Assembly: GCA_965218425.1 (NCBI GenBank)
Contig: OZ244621.1
Location: 320,001-384,000, forward strand
Length of the DNA: 64,000 nt
Direction: 5' to 3'
From: an uncultured Candidatus Binatia bacterium
GTDB lineage: Bacteria > Desulfobacterota > Binatia > UBA9968 > CAXXLF01
Shown here one piece after another: positions 19,726 through 28,852 of this stretch. Below the pieces are notes generated by a model, which had not been told where the DNA came from, did not search any database, and saw only the letters and a program-made list of their open reading frames with translations. Numbering within the stretch: position 1 is the first letter of the stretch; each line of letters starts with the position of its first letter. Both the position numbers and the translations under genes were made by a program.

Positions 19726-21354
19726 CTAGTCCTCTCCAACCATTTTTTTCGTGATCGGTTGCTGTCGTTGGGCCATCTTCTCGCCCACTTCCAAATACTT
19801 CCCTTCCGTCATGAGCTTTGCGGTGCGGCTGTCCTCCTCACTCCAAACGCCTAACTCGTAGCCGTGCCAGGGTTCCTTGAGCTTAGGTTGCGGCAGGTCC
19901 TCATGACGTCTCCACAGCTCCAATGCATGCTCCATGTACTGCTTTGCCGGCAGAGCAACCGGCGGGTAATCCCATTTTCGCGTCGCATTTATCAAGCTCT
20001 TCCCATATTGGTACCGCACCAACCTGGACTCCATCCGGCCGTGGCCCGTACCCGGAGGCGACCCTGATGGATCCAATCCGGGACCCCGACCGTATACCAT
20101 CTGCATATCGGCCTCGGGCCTGACCCGGTAAGTCATGGCCCACAATAATCCCTCGGGGTCACGGATGTTGATGTCCTCATCCACCACCACGATGAATTTG
20201 CTCCCCGTCAGACCCGAAGCGGCCTGGAGCACGGACCACGGGTTAACCCCTCTTCGCTTTTGCAGCCTGATAGTGCAGAAGTCGGCGGCTCCTGCGCTTT
20301 CCAGGAAATGAACATCCTCCACCGGAAATCCGGCGCCGTAACGGAGGTGGTGATAAAGCATGGCCTCATGGGCAAATCCCCAAACCGTGTTGGTGTCGCT
20401 GGGAAAGAACCCCACAGTCACAGGGGTAAAAATAGCATTGCTGCGGTGCGTTATGGCGGTTACCTGGAAGACCGGCCGGTAATTTTCCTCCATGTTGAGA
20501 TACCCGGGGTACTCTCCAAAGGGAGTGCGAGGTTCTGCTGTTTCGGTGGACATTAACCCTTCAATGACAATCTCAGCCGTGGCAGGCACCTCCAAGGGTA
20601 TGGTCTTGCAACGGACAAGCTCCAGCGGTGCGCCGGTGATTCCTCCGGCCACCGCCAGTTCGTCAAGACCATAGGGAATGCGCGCGGACCCCACGGTCAT
20701 AACCACTGGAGTCGCCCCCACCACAATGGCCAAGGGCAGCGGCTCTTTACGCTGTCGAGCCTTGGACCAGTGATGGACCATGGCGTCATGAATGGACCCA
20801 ATGGCCGCCACCATCCGATCCCGTGCACGCAAAAACCCGTTATAGGTACCCACATTACGCACGCCTGTCTCCGGGTCCTTGGTAAACATGGGGGTTCCCG
20901 TTCGTAACATACCGCTAAAGCCGGGTTCTTCCACTGGTATGGGCAATTCATCCAAACCCAACTCCGTCAACTCTGCTCCGGTGTGAACCTCTTCATGAAC
21001 GGGCCCGCTGTCGACGATCACCGGCTCCAGGGGATGCATGAGCCCTTGGTGCCAGCGCTCCAGTGCCTCTTTAATGTCCTGGCACCCCAAGCCCCAAATC
21101 ACGAAATCCTTTGATGCACCGTAGACCCCCGCCGCCACCCGCATGTTGTACCGATTCCCGTTGACTCCTCTAACGTCTTCAAAAAGGAGGACCCGCCGAT
21201 CTCCATCCTCAAATCCACGCATTTGAACTCGGAATAGCGGCAGGAGATCCGTTTCCTTGCTCACGGGTTCGGTAAAACTGTACAACCGTCCCCGTCGCCT
21301 GACTTCACCCAAAAATTCCCGCAAGTCTTTGTAATCGGCCATTACTTTTCCCAT
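19726..21354 (-). CDS. UbiD-family protein with atypical catalytic motif
   Basis: DPETGVRNVGTYN, VPATAEIVIEG, RTPFGE, VVVDEDIN. Confidence 0.9.
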   Translation of the reverse strand: MGKVMADYKDLREFLGEVRRRGRLYSFTEPVSKETDLLPLFRVQMRGFEDGDRRVLLFEDVRGVNGNRYNMRVAAGVYGASKDFVIWGLGCQDIKEALERWHQGLMHPLEPVIVDSGPVHEEVHTGAELTELGLDELPIPVEEPGFSGMLRTGTPMFTKDPETGVRNVGTYNGFLRARDRMVAAIGSIHDAMVHHWSKARQRKEPLPLAIVVGATPVVMTVGSARIPYGLDELAVAGGITGAPLELVRCKTIPLEVPATAEIVIEGLMSTETAEPRTPFGEYPGYLNMEENYRPVFQVTAITHRSNAIFTPVTVGFFPSDTNTVWGFAHEAMLYHHLRYGAGFPVEDVHFLESAGAADFCTIRLQKRRGVNPWSVLQAASGLTGSKFIVVVDEDINIRDPEGLLWAMTYRVRPEADMQMVYGRGPGLDPSGSPPGTGHGRMESRLVRYQYGKSLINATRKWDYPPVALPAKQYMEHALELWRRHEDLPQPKLKEPWHGYELGVWSEEDSRTAKLMTEGKYLEVGEKMAQRQQPITKKMVGED

Positions 21355-21382
21355 TCCCCCCTGCTCTTACCCAGGTCCTTGG

Positions 21383-22819
21383 TCAGCGCAATTTAAGGAC
21401 ATCGCCCCATTTTTTACGAGCCTGCTCGCGCATCTCGGGGCTAAACAGGTTTACCGGGGGAAGTTCTTTGAGCAATTTGTAGGGCCGGCAAGCGTTAATG
21501 ATCATTCTTGAAAAGGGATAAGTTCCCTTCTTTTTTCGCTCCTCGATCACTAATGACGGATTAAATACCCAACTCGTCTTGATGGTGTTCACATTGACGC
21601 CCGTGGCAGGGTCACATCGAGTCCCAACCGCCCACAGGACATCCTTGGCATCGTCAATGTCGACATCCTCGTCCACCATGATGAACACCCGCTGGGGTAT
21701 GGGGAAGCTGGACACGGATTCGATGATCTGTTCCGTGTGTTCTTCGTTCTTCTGCCGAATCTGAATGACCGTCGCCCCTACATTCGCCAGGTCTCGAATC
21801 GCAAGGATACCACCGATGCCCGCCCGTTCGAGACGAGTCCATAGACCCGTTACCACCCTCATGGGTAGGGGCGCAGCGTAGTGGCCCTGGACAGGTTTGA
21901 AAGGCGGAGCACCCAGGAGTATGGGTTTATTGCGGTGGTAGAGTCGCTTGACGCGCACAATGGGCTCGGGCACCATGCTCCCCATGTAATAACCGGTATA
22001 TTCCCCAAAGGGACCTTCCCCGCGACTCTCCGTTTGCGGCGGCGGGACTTCCCCCTCAATGGCGATCTCGGCTGTGGCAGGAATGGGCAACCCCGTGAGC
22101 TTTCCTTGGATTACCTCCACGGGCTCACCTCTCAAAAATCCCGCATACTCGTATTCAGGGACGCCAGAGGGCGCGCCGAGGCGACCCGAGGACGTGAGAA
22201 AAAGGATGGGTTCACAACCGAAGGTCGCCGCCAAGGGGGCTGCTTGCCCTCTCTCCCAGTACTTCCGAACAATCTTGGTTCCGTCGTTGCCGATCCCTTG
22301 ATAGATGCCCGTAGTGGTGGCATCGTGAAGCTGGAGCCTGTAGGTCCCCACGTTGATCCGGCCATCGTCCGGATCCTTCAGGATGATGCAATCGCCAGTG
22401 CCTATGTACCGCCCCCCATCCCGCTCATGCCATCGGGGAACGGGAAATTGAAGCAGATCAATCTCCTTACCACTTTTTTCATTTTCCAGGAGGGGCCCCT
22501 GCTGGACGGTCACCGGAGGCAGTCCCTTGTAACCCGTATAACGCTTCTTCCAACTGCTCATGGCTTCGCCCAGGGATTGACGCGGGTCCCACTCCAGAGC
22601 CATCAGGGCGCGTCGCTGGGTGCTGCACAGGTTGCTCACCACGGTATAATCGGAAGAGTGATCTGGGATGTTCTCGAACAGGAGCGCAGGTCCCTGCTGT
22701 TCAAAGGAAAGCTCAGAGATGACCCCCATCTCTAAATCCCAATGGGCCCCCGAAACTCGTTTGAGCTCTCCCGCTTGTTCCAGCTTTGCCAAAAAATCAC
22801 GCAAGTCTCTGAAAGGCAT
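21383..22819 (-). CDS. UbiD-family decarboxylase
   Basis: DGGRYIGT, NVGTYR, PATAEIAIEG, EGPFGEYTGYY, VDEDVD. Confidence 0.95.
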   Translation of the reverse strand: MPFRDLRDFLAKLEQAGELKRVSGAHWDLEMGVISELSFEQQGPALLFENIPDHSSDYTVVSNLCSTQRRALMALEWDPRQSLGEAMSSWKKRYTGYKGLPPVTVQQGPLLENEKSGKEIDLLQFPVPRWHERDGGRYIGTGDCIILKDPDDGRINVGTYRLQLHDATTTGIYQGIGNDGTKIVRKYWERGQAAPLAATFGCEPILFLTSSGRLGAPSGVPEYEYAGFLRGEPVEVIQGKLTGLPIPATAEIAIEGEVPPPQTESRGEGPFGEYTGYYMGSMVPEPIVRVKRLYHRNKPILLGAPPFKPVQGHYAAPLPMRVVTGLWTRLERAGIGGILAIRDLANVGATVIQIRQKNEEHTEQIIESVSSFPIPQRVFIMVDEDVDIDDAKDVLWAVGTRCDPATGVNVNTIKTSWVFNPSLVIEERKKKGTYPFSRMIINACRPYKLLKELPPVNLFSPEMREQARKKWGDVLKLR

Positions 22820-22841
22820 GCTTCCTCCCTCTGGTCAAACA

Positions 22842-23954
22842 TTAGGCAGCCGGCATTGACGAAGCAATCCCGTCTCGTGTGAGGGCTTCCTCATACTCGC
22901 GTCGAATGGTCGGGTCCTCGTCCTTGTATTCGATCATGGTGCCCCCGTCTTTCACACTCACAAAGCCGCCATAATCTTTTCCGTGCCGAGTCAGGAACGA
23001 ATGGAACCCCACCACATGGTCCACGCTGCCCCATCGCAACGCAAGCTGTTTTGCCGGGACGGGACCCGTGTTGAAATGCTGGTGGAACCAGCCCGTTCCC
23101 GGACTAAAGACGCTCCCCGCTCGCCATGGAACTTTGACCACCTGATCGCCATGACCGTCCTCATAGGGGTGGATGCCCAATTCCCGAGGCCACATGAGCG
23201 TGTAACCATTGGAGCGTACAATGAACAGCACCGCCCCACCCCCGTGGTAGTGCGCCTTGTGGTATTTTCCCACTGGCCATTCGGCCATGTGTCCTCCCAA
23301 GGCGTTACCCGCCATTTGAAAGGAGGTAATACCAACCCCCGCGCCCTTTTGTTCCCGGCTATCAACCATGGACTCCCACACATTGGGAATGAAATTGGTC
23401 CGCCACGACACTCCCAGGCCGCCTTCGCTCGTCTCACGCTTACCCACCTTGAAGTAGCCCTCCTGACTGTCGTACCTGTCCGCAAACTTATGGTCACAAC
23501 CAAAAATAAACCCGTTGTTGTGAATCACATCCATCATCAAGGGGGCGTTGGTTAGCGCCAGGTAAAGGGCAGGTTCATTGGTTCCATTGTAGAGACGATG
23601 CCAGGTATTCAGTGGGGGAGAAAAAACCGATCCTTTTTCCCATTCGAAGTGCTGGGGGCGCTCCCCTTGCCACCAGACCTCTGTGGATCCTTTCCCCTGA
23701 AGAATAAAGATTAACTCCTCGTAGAAGTGCTTCTCGGGCTCCAAGACTCCCCCGGGCGGGATCTCAGCCACATAAAGGCCGGTCTTTCCTTCCATCCCCT
23801 GCAAATGAATAAATGTTCCCTTGCCCCCCAGACGCTTCCAAGGCTCGCGAGGAAGAGCGGCAACGTCTTCCACCCCATGACCCTCAATAACCGGTACGCC
23901 TTCCTCACGCATCCAACTTTCGTAAGTCGTTAGTCTCCGCCCTTGCGCTTCCAT
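22842..23954 (-). CDS. bicupin protein (gentisate 1,2-dioxygenase-like superfamily)
   Basis: EKHFYEE...PLNTWH first cupin; HKAHYHG...WFHQHFNTG second cupin. Confidence 0.85.
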   Translation of the reverse strand: MEAQGRRLTTYESWMREEGVPVIEGHGVEDVAALPREPWKRLGGKGTFIHLQGMEGKTGLYVAEIPPGGVLEPEKHFYEELIFILQGKGSTEVWWQGERPQHFEWEKGSVFSPPLNTWHRLYNGTNEPALYLALTNAPLMMDVIHNNGFIFGCDHKFADRYDSQEGYFKVGKRETSEGGLGVSWRTNFIPNVWESMVDSREQKGAGVGITSFQMAGNALGGHMAEWPVGKYHKAHYHGGGAVLFIVRSNGYTLMWPRELGIHPYEDGHGDQVVKVPWRAGSVFSPGTGWFHQHFNTGPVPAKQLALRWGSVDHVVGFHSFLTRHGKDYGGFVSVKDGGTMIEYKDEDPTIRREYEEALTRDGIASSMPAA

Positions 23955-24009
23955 GATTTATTACTCCTCATTCACGAATTCTGGTTTGAGCCCAATGTGA
24001 ACTACAATC

Positions 24010-24867
24010 CTATGAGCTGTAGAAATCCGCCATCAACTTACCCACCAGCTCGGGCTGGTCGTTCTGTACCTGGTGCCCAGCCTTGTCCACGTACTGGAAC
24101 TTGAAATTGGGCAGGAGCTTTTCCAATTGGCGACCGAGTTCCACGGGGGCAAATTTATCCTGCTCACCCCAGATAAACATGGCCGGAATGGTCAACTTCG
24201 GGAGCGTATGGGTCATATCGTACTTGAGACGCATATTAGGATCCTGGGTTAACTTCTGCATTCCTTCCTGAAACATCCGGCGGGATTCTGCCGCCCCCGC
24301 ACGATTGGCCGCGTCGTTTCGTAGCTTCACCAGCTCGTCGGTGACCTTTGATTTATCGTATACCAAGACTTCCAACATGCGCCGCATGGACTCCTGGCTT
24401 CCATCATAGGCTCGCAACGCCCGCATCCCCTCCGTTTCGGCGTGTTTGAGACCCATGGCCGTAGAAATGGTGCCACTGGCAACGAGCAGCAACTTCTTTA
24501 CCCGGTCAGGATGCTGCAACGCGTATTTAGCTGCCACCCAGGCCCCTTGGGAATTGCCGGACAGGCAGATCCGATCGAGGCAGAGGGTATCCATGAAAGC
24601 TTCCAGTTGATCCACCCGAGACTGAACGCCTTCCGTGCAAGGATAATAGGGATCTGTATTTCCGTAGCCTCCGACACTATCCACCGCATACACACGAAAC
24701 TTCTTACTCAGTTCCCGCATGACCGGGGCAAAACCTGCTTCTCCAGAAGATCCAGCTCCTCCTCCATGGCACAACACCACCGGCGGCCCACTCTCCCCAG
24801 CCTCCGAATAGTGCGTCTTGATCCTCCTAGCCATCACATAACTAGAACGTAACGACGAATCAGCCAT
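24010..24867 (-). CDS. alpha/beta hydrolase, meta-cleavage product hydrolase (BphD/MhpC)-like
   Basis: HGGGAG, GNSQG nucleophile, WGEQD, AGHQVQND. Start after a GGAGG RBS. Confidence 0.88.
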   Translation of the reverse strand: MADSSLRSSYVMARRIKTHYSEAGESGPPVVLCHGGGAGSSGEAGFAPVMRELSKKFRVYAVDSVGGYGNTDPYYPCTEGVQSRVDQLEAFMDTLCLDRICLSGNSQGAWVAAKYALQHPDRVKKLLLVASGTISTAMGLKHAETEGMRALRAYDGSQESMRRMLEVLVYDKSKVTDELVKLRNDAANRAGAAESRRMFQEGMQKLTQDPNMRLKYDMTHTLPKLTIPAMFIWGEQDKFAPVELGRQLEKLLPNFKFQYVDKAGHQVQNDQPELVGKLMADFYSS

Positions 24868-24934
24868 ACAACACTCCTCCTTATAATAAATACAGACTTG
24901 AGATAATTCCGTAATGCTGTGTTCTGGAAAAATA

Positions 24935-25816
24935 TTACCAAAACCGCCTTTTATACGAATCGATGAGAACCTCATCCGGCTGGCGGGAAAGAAATTCAAT
25001 CAACACTCTGTTAAATTCCTCCGGCTGCTCGAATTGCGGCCAGTGGGCAGCTTTGTCCAGCAATACAAAACGCGATCCCGGCACGGTTTGATGGACCTTC
25101 TCCGCTACCTGCCAAGGACAGGTGGGATTGTGGGTGGTCCAGAAAAACAAGATGGGTGCCTTTAACCTTGGAATCTTCTCGATCAGACCGTAGGTTCGTC
25201 CTCCCCCCGACCGCGCTCCCTCCTCCTCCGGCTCCTCCTTCGGGCGGGTATAAATTTTCAGTCTCACGTCCACCAGCTCATCGGGTAACGTCTTTGGATC
25301 ATAGAACAGCCATTCCATCCTCTTGCGTATGGTTTCGAAAGTTGGGTTGGTCGAAGCTTCCCGGGTCAATTCCTGGAAGCGGTTCATGCCTGCGGTGTAC
25401 CCATGCTCTCCCGAGGGGATCCCTCCCACGATGAGACCCAACCGGTCCACCCGTTCGGGGTGCTCATGGGCCAACAGTACGGATATTTGCCCGCCCATTG
25501 ACTCTCCAACCAGATGGGCCTTTTCAACCCCGACTGCATCCATAAAGTTAATCAGGTGCTTACAAAAATCATCCAAATTGCGGCTCATTCCCCTGGGAAT
25601 GTCCGTATATCCATGGCCAAGGTAATCGATGGCTAAGACGCGAAAATGTTTTGAGAGGGGCATGACGTTGCGCACCCAGGTCTCTGCATGCCCGCCGCCC
25701 CCATGGAGCAGAATCACGGGAGGCCCCGTGCCCGCCTCAAAGCAACGGGTACGAACGCCTCCCGCCATGTAGTATTTCTCTAAAGGTACGAATGCCTCTA
25801 ACTCTTTTGAAAACAT
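24935..25816 (-). CDS. alpha/beta hydrolase, meta-cleavage product hydrolase-like
   Basis: HGGGGHAE, GESMGG, RKRMEWLF, AAHWPQFE. Confidence 0.88.
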   Translation of the reverse strand: MFSKELEAFVPLEKYYMAGGVRTRCFEAGTGPPVILLHGGGGHAETWVRNVMPLSKHFRVLAIDYLGHGYTDIPRGMSRNLDDFCKHLINFMDAVGVEKAHLVGESMGGQISVLLAHEHPERVDRLGLIVGGIPSGEHGYTAGMNRFQELTREASTNPTFETIRKRMEWLFYDPKTLPDELVDVRLKIYTRPKEEPEEEGARSGGGRTYGLIEKIPRLKAPILFFWTTHNPTCPWQVAEKVHQTVPGSRFVLLDKAAHWPQFEQPEEFNRVLIEFLSRQPDEVLIDSYKRRFW

Positions 25817-26381
25817 GATCCTCTCCTATCAGTAATGGGCAAAAGATTAAACCCTAATCCGGCACCAGCGGCCGAAATCAATCTGTTATTTGTCTGGATT
25901 TCTGATATGATAATGGGCGCAATAAATCGAGATTTCTCCCTCCAATAGTCGGCGTGGCCTCAGAAGTCAAGCTCTACCAGGTGCCGAGAATGCTGAGTCC
26001 ATAAGTCTCGGAACAGACCGACTGACAGGAATAATGACCTGATGTTTATATCGCGCAGGCATTTGTAGGCTTATTCCCCAGACGCCGGCCTACGGGAGGG
26101 GGATACGAACGGAAACGGGTGCTGGCCACCGCCAAAATAAGATGGGCGGCCGATGGCCTGCGCCAGCTAAAGCTATGACTCCACCTTATGATCGTGCCGC
26201 TGCGACCCTATCCAAAGGACACCCACCAAAAAGTTTATTAGGCGGTTGATCAAGGAAAAGAGAAAAACTTAAACAGCAAGGATCTTCATAGAAGGAACCG
26301 CCAGGCCCTGAATCTGCAAGTTACCGCTAGAGGGGAAAATCAGGCAAGGGTTTAAACAACTCCGGCAAAGGGCTTCGAGTT

Positions 26382-27380
26382 TTAATTCAAATCCCAATAG
26401 GCAAATGCCATACCGCATGGCGAGGCATAGACCGGCACGTAGTCCACTACAGAACCATTGACACCATCGGCAACTGCCGAGGCGATGAGCCAGTTTCTCG
26501 TTTCACCCACTCCACTGCCGAGTCCGGCAGACATTCCCGTTCCCCCCAACAGCTTTTCAGCCACATCGCCCTTTGCCGACGGATAGGGCCACTCACGGCT
26601 ATCAAAGTATTCCGCCATCTTTCGTGCCTCACCGCTTCCCACATACTTCAAAATGGTCCTGTCAAATTCTTCATCCAGATAGGCTCCCGAAATCCCTGGG
26701 GTGTGCCACAACCCTCCTGAACCGATCACGGCAACCCTGATCTCCATGGGGGACTCTTCGATCACTTGCCGCACGGCCTTACCCAGGTCGTAACACCTCT
26801 TGCCGGAGGGTTGAGGGGCATAAAAGCAATTCACGAAGAAGGGCAAAATGGGGATATCGTATTTGGGCGTCAAATAATAGGGTGGATGCAAAAAGGCGTG
26901 TCCCAGGCCGCGCTCTCTATTGGGCAGATCCAGGGAAAAGGCCAGATCAAAATCCTTCTTCATCAATCCCATCATCAACTGTCTGCCAAATTCAGGGGCC
27001 CCTTTGGCCTTTACCCAGTTTTCTTCGAATGGGATGTTTTCCATTCCCATGGCGCGGCGCAGGAATCCTACGGGCTTGGTCTCCCCTTCCATTTCTTCTC
27101 CCAGATAGATCCCCAACGCAGGAAAATTGCTAAAGCTGAACTGTTCGCGCTGATCATCACCAAAGATTAGCAGCACGTCGGGCTTCACGGCCTCGATCTT
27201 CTGTTTCAAGGTGGAATAGGCTTTCATGCAACGCTCAAACTCTTGCTTGTTGGTTTCCATAGAGGGGCGCGGCACGTCCTCAGCCAGCCGCCGCCTTCGC
27301 CGCACCTCATCCCATAGCTCCGGTTGCATAAAAAGAAACGGAGAATGTGAGCAACCCAACACGCCACAAATTGTTGCCAT
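26382..27380 (-). CDS. class III extradiol dioxygenase (LigB/LigZ/DesZ-like)
   Basis: SHSP, GDDQ, GHAF, SGGLWH, ETRNW, DYVPVY. Confidence 0.85.
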   Translation of the reverse strand: MATICGVLGCSHSPFLFMQPELWDEVRRRRRLAEDVPRPSMETNKQEFERCMKAYSTLKQKIEAVKPDVLLIFGDDQREQFSFSNFPALGIYLGEEMEGETKPVGFLRRAMGMENIPFEENWVKAKGAPEFGRQLMMGLMKKDFDLAFSLDLPNRERGLGHAFLHPPYYLTPKYDIPILPFFVNCFYAPQPSGKRCYDLGKAVRQVIEESPMEIRVAVIGSGGLWHTPGISGAYLDEEFDRTILKYVGSGEARKMAEYFDSREWPYPSAKGDVAEKLLGGTGMSAGLGSGVGETRNWLIASAVADGVNGSVVDYVPVYASPCGMAFAYWDLN

Positions 27381-27616
27381 ATTTCGATCTCCTGTTCCGA
27401 GGGCGCAATCCTTGCCTACTCCGAGCCTCTCTGCCGAATAGCTTACTCAAGAACCGCTTAGGGGTGCAAACGCGAATGAATTTTTTCGACTGAGCCTCCC
27501 CGCGCCCAACTGTGAAGAGTCGTCAACAAATCGGCTGTTAGCCGGATAATGGTGCTGGCGGTGGAAATGGGAGTTCGGCTCACGGCACGGGACGACCCGC
27601 GCCCACGCAATGCTTA

Positions 27617-28831
27617 TTACTCGCCGGTCTCCTTATGGTGCCAATCGGATGACCAGGCGCTATGCCCATCCGGCCGAAGCTTAAGCCATACCTTTTTCCC
27701 CTCCTCCACCGGATTGTGACGCTCGCCGTAGATCATGATAATCCCCTGTCCGTCCACCTCCACCTGGTATTCGATACGTTCCCCGATGAACAGCGCAGCT
27801 CGAGCCGTGCCGCCGATCATCCCCGAAGGTGCTTGTGATCCCGTGGCCGGTTGGATTTGTACGTCCTCGGGCCGCACCCCGATATAAACGGACTTGCCGG
27901 TCTTGATGCCATCGGGATTGTAGGTGCGCCCAAAAACAACGCAGTCCGGCGCTCCATCGATGGCGATGGCCATCTGTCCTGACGGGTTGCTGGTCTGCAC
28001 CTTACCCTTGAACAAAAGCGTCTTGCCCACGAAGTCCCGCACGAATTCATTAGCGGGCTCCTCGTAAAGCATCCGTGGATCCCCCTGTTGCTGCACCATG
28101 CCGAAGTTCATCAGAGCAATTCGGTTAGACATGCTGAGGGCTTCGATCTGATCGTGGGTGACAAACAACACCGCGATGTTCAGTCGCTTTTGCAACAGCT
28201 TTACCTCGAGACGCATTTGCTCCCGGAGCTTGGCATCCAGGTTACTGAAGGGCTCATCCAGCAGCAGGACCCGAGGTTCGGTCACCAGAGCCCGTGCGAG
28301 GGCCACCCGCTGTTGCTGTCCACCGCTCAACAATGGTCCCGGTCTCGTCTCGAAACCGGCCATGCCCACCAGCTCGAGCGCCCGGCGCACACGCTCGCCG
28401 ATCTCTCTGCGGGGAAACTTACGTGACTTCAACGGGAAGACCACATTTTCCTCCACCGTCATGTGCGGCCAGATGGCGTAGGACTGAAACACCATGCCCA
28501 CGTTGCGTTTGTCCGGTGGCAGGCACACTCTGTTCGTGGTCATGACAACCACACGGTCGCCAAAGTAAATATTACCCTCATCGGGGATTTCCAGGCCGGC
28601 TACCATGCGCAACGTGGTGCTCTTGCCGCAGCCACTGGGTCCCAACATGGTCACCACCTCCCCGTCCAAGATGTCCAGCGAGAGGTCCTTAACGGCAGGC
28701 TGCGCGCCCCCGGGATAGGTCTTCCATAGACCCTCGAGCCTCATGGCAACCTTTCCCTTGTCTGTGTGCTCTTTTACCGCGCCGGCAGCAGGGGCTTCTG
28801 ACCTCAGGGTATTCAAAGCATTGTTTTCCAT
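27617..28831 (-). CDS. ABC transporter ATP-binding protein (PotA/FbpC class, TOBE domain)
   Basis: GPSGCGKST, LSGGQQQR, LLLDEP, VTHDQ. Confidence 0.95.
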   Translation of the reverse strand: MENNALNTLRSEAPAAGAVKEHTDKGKVAMRLEGLWKTYPGGAQPAVKDLSLDILDGEVVTMLGPSGCGKSTTLRMVAGLEIPDEGNIYFGDRVVVMTTNRVCLPPDKRNVGMVFQSYAIWPHMTVEENVVFPLKSRKFPRREIGERVRRALELVGMAGFETRPGPLLSGGQQQRVALARALVTEPRVLLLDEPFSNLDAKLREQMRLEVKLLQKRLNIAVLFVTHDQIEALSMSNRIALMNFGMVQQQGDPRMLYEEPANEFVRDFVGKTLLFKGKVQTSNPSGQMAIAIDGAPDCVVFGRTYNPDGIKTGKSVYIGVRPEDVQIQPATGSQAPSGMIGGTARAALFIGERIEYQVEVDGQGIIMIYGERHNPVEEGKKVWLKLRPDGHSAWSSDWHHKETGE

Positions 28832-28852
28832 TGTTTCACCTTTTCTCTAAAT

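Noticed and set aside
21881..22735. Long antisense ORFs (e.g. 21881-22735, 17905-18549, 13021-13626)
   Set aside because: Shadow frames of well-supported genes in GC-rich DNA, with no motifs of their own.
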